Source of the DNA: an uncultured Clostridia bacterium
GTDB taxonomy: Bacteria > Acidobacteriota > Blastocatellia > Chloracidobacteriales > Chloracidobacteriaceae
Direction of reading: 5' to 3'
Length of the DNA: 64,000 nt
NCBI GenBank assembly: GCA_964639175.1
Contig: CAZXCE010000001.1
Coordinates: forward strand, 2,188 to 66,187
Made by a program: the position numbers and the translations under genes. Below, piece by piece: positions 57,085-64,000 of the stretch. The notes below the pieces were generated by a model, which was given only the letters and a program-made list of their open reading frames with translations, did no database searches and had not been told where the DNA came from. How positions within the stretch are numbered: the stretch's first letter is position 1; each line of letters opens with the position of its first letter.

Positions 57085-57449
57085 CACCATTCGCGTAATA
57101 AAAATCTAGTTTATCGAATTCTTTTTCCAGTTTTCTCCCTGTTTCGTTCAAAACTGGCTGGAAAATGACATCACAAGAAAAATTTGAGCTTCAGCGTACG
57201 AAATTCAGAGCTTGAATCTGAACCAATTGATTCAATCCTGCCTGATGACAACTCAGAATTGAAGCGGATAAGAATTTTTCTGCCTTTCCTGTTTGGTCAG
57301 GTGTGTGATGAGAGACCGAAAAACTGGATCAGGCTTCGTCTTGAAGATGCTCATGTGTACTTTTTGAGAGTTTGAGAATTTTTCAAGGCAATTTTGACCC
57401 AAACTAGAAAAATAATTCGCAAAACAGGATTTTTATTACGCGAATGGTC
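57085..57449. repeat. ~365-bp element bounded by 21-bp (extendable to ~31-bp) terminal inverted repeats
   Basis: 57085-57105 is caccattcgcgtaataaaaat. 57429-57449 is atttttattacgcgaatggtc, which matches the reverse complement of the first arm at 20 of 21 positions. The flanks continue at 7 of 10 matches. Confidence 0.6.
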
Positions 57450-57606
57450 AGTTATTAAGCTCGATTAAGTATCGAGGATGTTCTAGTCATTTAGACGCAT
57501 ACATTACAATTGAAATAGAAAGCAACTCCTGGAAAATAACAGGTGGAAAGATCGTGTAAAATCCCTCGGAGTTGGAAGACATACAAGCTACTGGAGTTAT
57601 GTGACC

Positions 57607-58581
57607 ATGATTCTTCTTACCGGAATCGCTGGATTCATCGCTATGCATACGGCACAGCATTTGCTTGACAATGGTAATCAAGTGCTTGGTATCGACAATT
57701 TGAACAACTATTATGATCCTATACTAAAGCAGGCCCGCCTTAATGTATTGATGTCGCATTCTAATAAGCCTGAATTTCTCCAGCTTGACCTTGCTGAACC
57801 TAAAGCCCTGCAAACTGCCATCACCCCATTTGCAGGCGAGATCACCCATATTATCCACTTAGCAGCCCAAGCAGGTGTTCGCTATAGCTTGGAATCCCCA
57901 CGCAGCTATGTCTCTGCAAATATTTCGGGGATGCTTGAAGTCCTGGAATGTTGCCGTGTTTTGCCAAATTTGAGGCATCTTGTCTATGCCAGTTCCAGTT
58001 CAGTTTACGGTGCGAACCGCAAATTGCCCTTTTGCAGTACAGACCGGACTGATCACCCAGTTTCGCTTTATGCAGCGACAAAGAAATCGGGTGAAGTGAT
58101 AGCCGAATCTTATTCACGGCTTTATGGAATTCCAATGACTGGGCTTCGGTTTTTCACCGTTTACGGGCCCTGGGGTAGACCAGATATGGCCTACTATCAA
58201 TTTGCTCGTAACATCGTCGAAGACAAACCAATTCAAATCTATAATTACGGCAATATGCGGCGCGACTTCACTTTCATTGGGGATGTTGTGGACGGGTTAG
58301 TTTCTGTACTTTATGCACCTCCTTCAGTAGATCCGCCTCACCGGATCTATAATCTTGGCAATCACCACAGTGAGTCTTTATCTTACCTAATTGAATTGTT
58401 GGAGGGGTACATCGGTAAACCGGCCATCAAGGAATTCGTGCCTATCCAGAAGGGAGATATGCAGGACACATTCGCCGATATCTCTGATGCGGCGCACGAT
58501 TTTGGTTTTACCCCTAAAACATCATTAAAAGAAGGACTTAAGGTTTTTGTTGATTGGTTTCACCTTTATTATTACTTATAA
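57607..58581 (+). CDS. NAD-dependent sugar-nucleotide epimerase (UDP-glucuronate 4-epimerase-like)
   Basis: GIAGFIAMH Rossmann motif, YAATK catalytic YxxxK, FFTVYGPWGRPDMA. Confidence 0.9.
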   Translation: MILLTGIAGFIAMHTAQHLLDNGNQVLGIDNLNNYYDPILKQARLNVLMSHSNKPEFLQLDLAEPKALQTAITPFAGEITHIIHLAAQAGVRYSLESPRSYVSANISGMLEVLECCRVLPNLRHLVYASSSSVYGANRKLPFCSTDRTDHPVSLYAATKKSGEVIAESYSRLYGIPMTGLRFFTVYGPWGRPDMAYYQFARNIVEDKPIQIYNYGNMRRDFTFIGDVVDGLVSVLYAPPSVDPPHRIYNLGNHHSESLSYLIELLEGYIGKPAIKEFVPIQKGDMQDTFADISDAAHDFGFTPKTSLKEGLKVFVDWFHLYYYL

Positions 58582-58589
58582 GGTACTTT

Positions 58590-59525
58590 ATGTTTTTATC
58601 AGTTGTCATTCCTGTTTATCACGAAGCTGAATCAATTGGCTTACTCATTAAAGCACTTGAGACTGCACTTCAAGATATTGATGCTGAAATCGTTTTTGTT
58701 GATGATGGTTCCTGTGACCACACGGTAAATGAGATTTGTCTGCGTATGAGGCCAAATTGGCAATTGATCACTTTCCGTCGCAATTATGGTCAGACCTCAG
58801 CAATTGCTGCTGGGATTGCCGCTGCACGCGGGGAGTATATCGCCACCATGGACGGCGATTTGCAAAACGACCCAGCAGATATACCACTAATGATCACGCG
58901 TTTGGAGAAAGAACAGGCAGATATGGTCATTGGTTGGCGGCAAAATCGTCAGGATGGGGTGTGGCTACGCAAAATTCCAAGCAAGCTTGCAAACCACTTG
59001 ATTCGTTACCTTACTGGTGTATATGTGCATGATTATGGTTGCACTCTCAAGGTTTTTAGGCAGGAGACAGCCAAACAACTTGATCTTTATGGTGAGTTAC
59101 ACCGGTTTATTCCAGTGCTGGCCGCGATTACTGGGGCGAAAATTATTGAAATACCAGTTCGCCACCATGCGCGGCGCTACGGCCAGTCCAAATATGGGTT
59201 ATCACGTACCTTTCGCGTGGCAAGCGACTTGCTATTAATGCTCTTCTTCCTCCAATACCGCCAAAAGCCGATGCACCTGTTCGGCTCGCTTGGCCTTGGT
59301 TCATTTCTCTTGAGTAGCGCAATCCTTTCCTATTCGTTCGTACTCAAACTGTTCGGTGAAATAACCAGTACATATCCACTATTTTACATCGGCATTATGC
59401 TTGGTGTTACCTCGATCCAATTTTTCACGACTGGATTTATCTCAGAGTTAGTTATGCGCACCTATTTCGAGTCACAACAGAAAAAACCTTATGTCATAAA
59501 GCAACATTTGATTGGCAAGAGATGA
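58590..59525 (+). CDS. Family 2 glycosyltransferase with C-terminal TM helices (polyprenyl-phosphate sugar transferase-like)
   Basis: LSVVIPVYHEAES, VDDGSCDHT, DGDLQNDP (DxD), then two C-terminal TM helices. Confidence 0.9.
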   Translation: MFLSVVIPVYHEAESIGLLIKALETALQDIDAEIVFVDDGSCDHTVNEICLRMRPNWQLITFRRNYGQTSAIAAGIAAARGEYIATMDGDLQNDPADIPLMITRLEKEQADMVIGWRQNRQDGVWLRKIPSKLANHLIRYLTGVYVHDYGCTLKVFRQETAKQLDLYGELHRFIPVLAAITGAKIIEIPVRHHARRYGQSKYGLSRTFRVASDLLLMLFFLQYRQKPMHLFGSLGLGSFLLSSAILSYSFVLKLFGEITSTYPLFYIGIMLGVTSIQFFTTGFISELVMRTYFESQQKKPYVIKQHLIGKR

Positions 59526-59559
59526 AGGAAAAGCACTGAAAAAAATTAGGGTATTTTTA

Positions 59560-59679
59560 GGCTCTTTGGTATTTCCCGTGGAAACCGATATAGCTTCAAA
59601 AACAGAAATTGATTCTAAAGAACTTACAGATTTTGGGTTTGATCAAAATGCCAATTTTCACGGGGAATACCAGAGAGCT
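59560..59679. mobile_element. ISL3-derived miniature inverted-repeat element (~120 bp)
   Basis: The left end ggctctttggtatttcccgtg matches the ISL3 left inverted repeat (IRL) at 61191 at 20 of 21 positions. The right end cacggggaataccagagagc is an imperfect copy of the ISL3 right inverted repeat (IRR). No ORF lies inside. Confidence 0.65.
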
Positions 59680-60031
59680 AAACATCGCCTCTCTGGATGC
59701 TTTTGAATGGACTTGGTGGAAGTACAGCGACTCCGAACCTGGAAAAGTAGGTGACTTGAGTTTCTGAAGCGGGTTTTCTGTTCCACTCCTTCCCCCAAAA
59801 CCGATATAAAAAGGCAATTGATTGACCTTTGACATAAAAATGCGCAGGAATTGGATTTAAATTCAAGATAACTTCACTACTCGGTAGGTAAGCGTTTGGA
59901 GGCAGATGGCGAAAGAAGATTATCGGAAGACGTCAAGATGGAGGCTACGTGGGCTTGATGTACCCATTCAACCGATCAGGCTGAGGCTTTTTCTCCCCGT
60001 CTTCCAGTAGCCGGATTTTGCCTTCACCAGC

Positions 60032-61033
60032 TTAATTCTTCTTTGTCAGCGGGTGAAGGATCACACTCGACTCAAGCGAAAGAGATTGTGTTTCTGAACG
60101 TCGCGCCGTCCGAAACTGTCCTGTCTTTCGATCAACCGGAGTTCGCAACGCTCCCCAGATACCGCTGAGAAAAGCCGCCAGTCGCATCCAGCGGGGTGGG
60201 CGTCGTCCCAGATCAACGACCGGCTTTTGGAACGCCCATCGCCAGCCAAGATGAACCAGGACCGCCAGAACAGACCAGTGGCCACACTTCAGGTTTTTGG
60301 TCAGAGCAGCAGCAATCCCGAACATATATCCTTGAATCAGGCTTCGTCCCTGCTCCCAGGTGCGAAATCCGAAGTGGGTGACTGCCGGGGCAGGTGTCTC
60401 ATAAATCGGAATCCCGGCCAGCAGCGCCCGGATGGCAAAGTCAGTTTCCCCAGCCGATTTAAGCGGCGCTCCGGCACCAAGCATCGGATCAAACCCATTG
60501 AGTTGGTGCCACACTGCCCGGCGCAGCCCTATGCAGGCTGAAATTCCCTCTACGCAGTGCTTGTAATAAATCGTGCGGGCTAAAAAACAATCATTTCGGT
60601 AATATCCAGGGATAAATCCTGCGTTTGTGTCGTGTGGCGCTGTCAGTACATTCCCAAAAACAATTCCGGCAGCGGGATGTTGGGAAAAGGCATTCACCAT
60701 CTGGGTGATCCAGTCCGAGGCCGCCTCGCAGTCGTCATCAGTAATGGCAATCAACTCGCCCTGAGAAAGCGTGATTCCCAGATTGCGCCCAGTCGAGACC
60801 CCTGTAGTTGAACTCCGCACGTAGTGCAGCCGGCCATTTGTTTCAAATGGCTGAACCACCTGACAGGTGTCATCCGATTCACTCTGGTCCACGACCCAGA
60901 GATCAAACCGGGGATAGTCGTTGGCCAGGATCGAAGTAATGGTTTGTCGGACCTGGTCTCCCCGGTTGCGAGTGGCAACCACGACTGAAACCGATGGCAG
61001 GTGTGTCAGATCAAAATAGGGTGGACCAATCAT
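60032..61033 (-). CDS. Family 2 (GT-A fold) glycosyltransferase
   Basis: VSVVVATRNRGDQV and ITDDDCEA (DxD). I prefer the start at ATG 61033; the ORF extends to 61063. Confidence 0.85.
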   Translation of the reverse strand: MIGPPYFDLTHLPSVSVVVATRNRGDQVRQTITSILANDYPRFDLWVVDQSESDDTCQVVQPFETNGRLHYVRSSTTGVSTGRNLGITLSQGELIAITDDDCEAASDWITQMVNAFSQHPAAGIVFGNVLTAPHDTNAGFIPGYYRNDCFLARTIYYKHCVEGISACIGLRRAVWHQLNGFDPMLGAGAPLKSAGETDFAIRALLAGIPIYETPAPAVTHFGFRTWEQGRSLIQGYMFGIAAALTKNLKCGHWSVLAVLVHLGWRWAFQKPVVDLGRRPPRWMRLAAFLSGIWGALRTPVDRKTGQFRTARRSETQSLSLESSVILHPLTKKN

Positions 61034-61190
61034 GATGTTTCCTTTCGCCAGTTCAGGAATCAAGGACTGCCAGAAACCGAGATTTTACCCAGTGGCTTTC
61101 GCCTGACAATTTTCCCGAAATATTCTCTCAACGAAACCCAGCTTGAAACCGGAGTTCGCTCGCTGTCTATCTATAGCATAAAAAATCTTT

Positions 61191-62584
61191 GGCTCTTTGG
61201 TATTTGCCGTGAAAGATACAATATGTTGTGGTCGAGAGAAAAAAGAAAACAGAAGGGAATGAGGAGGAAAAAATGAAAAAAGAAACCCAACCGCAGATCA
61301 ACATTCGATTGGATATCCCGAAAGTGAAAGTGTTGAGAATGGAAATAACGGAGAGGGGAGAGATCATCATCGGAGTGGAAAGCGAAGAGCGAGGGACGAG
61401 GTGTCGAAAGTGCGGGAGGGAGATTGAGGAGTATCATGGAGTAGATGAACAAATCCGGTTAAGACATTTGCCGATCTTAGGACAGGCGGTCTACATCGAG
61501 ATCAGCCCGAAAAGATATCGGTGTCCATATTGTGAGGATCGGCCAACGACAACACAGAAACTGGAGTGGTATCGAGCGAAAAGTGGATGTACGAAAGCCT
61601 ATGAACGACAGGTGATGTTGCAGTTGGTGAACAGCACGGTGGCGGACGTGAGTGCGAAAGAAGGGTTGGGGTATGAAGCGGTGATGGGAGTGCTGGAGCG
61701 GGAGATGGCAACGGAAGTGGATTGGGAAAAAACGATGGGGATTGAGGTGCTGGGGTTGGATGAGATCGCACTCAAGAAAGGGCATCGGGATTTTGTGGTG
61801 ATCGTGACTGGGCGGCACGGGGACGGGCGAATCCAGGTGCTGGGGGTGCTGGGAGATCGGCGCAAGGAAACGGTCAAAGGGTTTCTGAAGGGGTTGCCGG
61901 AATCAGTCAAGGAACAAATCAAGACGGTGTGCACCGATCTCTATGAGGGATATATCAATGCCGTCAAAGAGGAATTACCAGCGGCGAAAATCGTGGCGGA
62001 CCGCTTTCATATCGCCAAACTGTATCGGGAAAGTGCTGATCAATTGCGCCGGCAGGAATATCGGCGTCTCAAGGCGGAACTTCCAGAAGCGGAGATCGCG
62101 GAACTCAAAGGGAATGTGTGGGCGTTTCGCCAAAATCCAGCCGAATTGGACGCAGGCGGGCAGACGGTGCTGGAGCGACTCCTGGATGCTTCACCCGCCC
62201 TGAGTCAGGCGTATGAGTTCCGAGAAGAATTAACCGCCATTTTTGAACAGGATCTGTCCAAAGCTGAGGCGACACGCTTGATTGAGCGGTGGCAGGATCG
62301 GGTTCGGTCCAGCGGGTTGACCTGTTTTGACACGTTCTTGAAAACACTTGATGGCTGGAAGGAGGAGATTACCAATTATTTTCTGGATCGTCTCAGCAGT
62401 GGGTTTGTTGAAGGGTTAAACAATAAAATCAAAGTCATCAAGCGCCGCTGCTACGGGATTTTAAACCCAACTCATTTGTTCCAACGCATTACTTTAGATC
62501 TGGATGGGTATCGCTTATATGGCCCTCCCGCTCCAATTTGAATTTCTACATCTTGTGGTCGTCCACGGCAAATACCAAAGAGCC
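61191..62584 (+). mobile_element. Intact ISL3-family insertion sequence with an 8-bp target-site duplication
   Basis: IRL ggctctttggtatttgccgtg (61191-61211). IRR cacggcaaataccaaagagcc (62564-62584), a perfect 21-bp inverted repeat. Flanking direct repeat aaatcttt at 61183-61190 and 62585-62592. Confidence 0.92.
61273..62541 (+). CDS. ISL3-family transposase
   Basis: N-terminal zinc-finger pairs CRKCG...CPYC. LGLDEIALKKGHRDFVVIV, VCTDLYEGY, ADRFHIAKL, GFVEGLNNKIKVIKRRCYG. GAGGAGGA RBS. Confidence 0.92.
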   Translation: MKKETQPQINIRLDIPKVKVLRMEITERGEIIIGVESEERGTRCRKCGREIEEYHGVDEQIRLRHLPILGQAVYIEISPKRYRCPYCEDRPTTTQKLEWYRAKSGCTKAYERQVMLQLVNSTVADVSAKEGLGYEAVMGVLEREMATEVDWEKTMGIEVLGLDEIALKKGHRDFVVIVTGRHGDGRIQVLGVLGDRRKETVKGFLKGLPESVKEQIKTVCTDLYEGYINAVKEELPAAKIVADRFHIAKLYRESADQLRRQEYRRLKAELPEAEIAELKGNVWAFRQNPAELDAGGQTVLERLLDASPALSQAYEFREELTAIFEQDLSKAEATRLIERWQDRVRSSGLTCFDTFLKTLDGWKEEITNYFLDRLSSGFVEGLNNKIKVIKRRCYGILNPTHLFQRITLDLDGYRLYGPPAPI

Positions 62585-63216
62585 AAATCTTTCACTCGAC
62601 TGAAAAATTTTGAACTATGGACTTGACAACACGAACCGTAATTTTTACTGTTCCCCAACAAGACACATCTTGTGAGGTACAGCCTCTCAATACCATTTAC
62701 AGGAGCGGAAAAACCTGGTCAGGCACGGTTTATTCAGCCACTACTGACCCAAATCAGGCCAACTGAAGATTGTCACTTTCATAACATTCAACTCCACTTG
62801 TGGAAACAACAGGCAACCAGCTTTTTGTAGGGGAAAGAGAACCGGATTACGTTCTGCCTTTCGGCAAAAGTATTGCGCGTGTCTGGGGCAAACCTGACTT
62901 GGTTTCAAAATCTGCTTGATCAGAGTCATTCTTCTTTTTGGGAACTTCCAGTTTTTGTGATTTGGAAAAAGACGATGCAACCGCAGTCAGTTATCCACCT
63001 GCATTGGGTGAAGGTCTTCCCAGTTGCCGATTGCGAGTAGACGTGAAAAGAACGCCATTTTGTCTCAATTCGGAAGTTACGGAAGAAAAACTCAATCTGA
63101 ATCCTCTTATCTGGAGGCCCATCTCAAGGTTTTAAGGTTGCTGCCGTTTAAGCATTTGTCCGACTTGTTAAACCAAACTAGAACAGTGAAATGAGAGAAC
63201 CAATTGAAATATTGTT

Positions 63217-63321
63217 TTAACCTTTTGGTTAACGATCTCGATCTCCGGAAACAGGTATCTGCCAACCAATAAATGCTTTGGCTGCTTTCACCTTTTGGTT
63301 AAAGATTTTAACCAAAAAGTG
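63217..63321. promoter_or_regulatory. Repeated TTAACC-N4-GGTTAA-type palindromes (candidate operator sites)
   Basis: 63217-63232 is ttaaccttttggttaa, a perfect palindrome. 63289-63321 is caccttttggttaaagattttaaccaaaaagtg, with 14 of 15 bp matching between arms. Lies ~300 bp upstream of the ATG at 63616. Confidence 0.4.
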
Positions 63322-63615
63322 AATAATTGAAGTTTAATTTGCAACTTCAATTCATCTAGTTTCTATACAAAGCCAATTTAAAGAATAGTTTATATAAAAA
63401 AGTGTTTACTCGGATTTAAATTATTCCCTGGTACAGCGATTGCACTGAATGAATCAAGCTCAATTCAACAAGGGTAATTTATTTTGACTGGAAAAACCAT
63501 TCTTCTGGTTTTTCCGGTCTTTTCGCTGAATCATTTTTGCTTCTCCGTGCAAATAACCATTTACACCCAAAGTGTAAAACAGACTGAATCTTCTTTCTCA
63601 CAGTTGAGTGTGTTT

Positions 63616-64000
63616 ATGAAATTAATTGCGAATCTCCGCCATCGGCGCCGGTTTGTTTCCGCTTTGATTGTAGCGGTTGGAATTGGAATTGGAATCACTC
63701 CCTGGGTATCACAAGCATTGAGTACCCCTGCCCCAAAGACGGCTTCCTCGCCGGTCAAATCAGCACCGCCAGGGATCCCGGTGCCAGTTGCTGCTCCCAA
63801 AGTCCAAAGCGGTCAGGTCGGCTGGATTGTGGTGTATGCCACGCCGTTTGGATTTGAACCGACCGAGGTAACCGTTCCCGCTGGAACCCGTGTCCTGAAT
63901 GTGCAGACCTGCACTGGGACGCTCGTGGCTCCGACCTATCGGTTGACGCGTCCGAACGCCTCTCCGCTCGATCTTCCCCAGGAAGGCAATGATGCCAAGG
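63616..64000 (+). CDS. Secreted or membrane-anchored hypothetical protein (3' end outside the window)
   Basis: An open frame runs from ATG 63616 to the window end with no stop (my own translation): MKLIANLRHRRRFVSALIVAVGIGIGITPWVSQALS..., a signal/anchor, then a Pro-rich linker and a beta-rich segment. GC rises relative to the upstream spacer. Confidence 0.5.
   Translation, partial: MKLIANLRHRRRFVSALIVAVGIGIGITPWVSQALSTPAPKTASSPVKSAPPGIPVPVAAPKVQSGQVGWIVVYATPFGFEPTEVTVPAGTRVLNVQTCTGTLVAPTYRLTRPNASPLDLPQEGNDAK

Noticed and set aside
57184-57375. 63-codon ORF inside the IR-bounded element
   Set aside because: It has a TTG start, no RBS and no motif. It is too weak to call.
62741-63135. Two overlapping small ORFs (79 aa minus strand, 65 aa plus strand) in the 1-kb spacer after the ISL3
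   Set aside because: They conflict with each other and have no RBS or motif. The spacer looks noncoding and regulatory.
1-64000. Scan for CRISPR arrays, tRNA, rRNA, integrase genes or tRNA-linked att sites
   Set aside because: I saw no regularly spaced direct repeats, no cloverleaf-like or rRNA-like segments, and no tyrosine or serine recombinase motifs by eye. The 71-bp direct repeats do not resemble a tRNA 3' end.

Overview
This 64-kb window is a mosaic accessory region from a Gram-negative-type genome (several TolC-family outer-membrane factors). I cannot place the taxon from sequence alone.

(1) Positions 1-9240 form an island bounded by two same-orientation copies of a transposase 3' end; the second copy is a decayed pseudogene. 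The island carries a J-domain protein, a ParA/ribbon-helix-helix partition pair, and a tightly coupled five-gene cassette. The cassette encodes an XRE regulator, a Cas4-like Fe-S PD-(D/E)xK nuclease, a long prokaryotic Argonaute with an apparently intact DEDD tetrad, a 120-aa unknown protein, and a 379-aa HExxH protein. This cassette is the best candidate for an undescribed defence system.

(2) Positions ~8.1-22.8 kb are visibly GC-richer and bracketed by ~71-bp direct repeats. This segment carries a czcCBA-type operon and a BlaI/BlaR1-like regulated second heavy-metal (HME) RND efflux pump.

(3) Positions 23.3-37.3 kb are one long minus-strand gene string: copA, cupredoxin, cusCBA, a Cys-cluster protein, a lytic transglycosylase, a tandem-repeat secreted protein, a histidine kinase and a sigma-54 activator.

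(4) Positions 37.5-42.0 kb encode a Rieske/cytochrome b-c module plus a tri-heme cytochrome fused to a beta-barrel.

(5) Positions 42.4-55.3 kb are a plus-strand operon with a near-consensus sigma-54 promoter and upstream palindromes. It encodes a fourth RND pump, a multicopper oxidase and unusual His-rich Ig-like modules.

(6) Positions 55.3-64 kb carry housekeeping-like envelope and sugar genes, interrupted by an intact ISL3 element with an 8-bp target duplication, an ISL3-derived MITE and another inverted-repeat-bounded element.

No rRNA, tRNA or CRISPR array was recognised. All family calls are from motifs read by eye; no searches were run.
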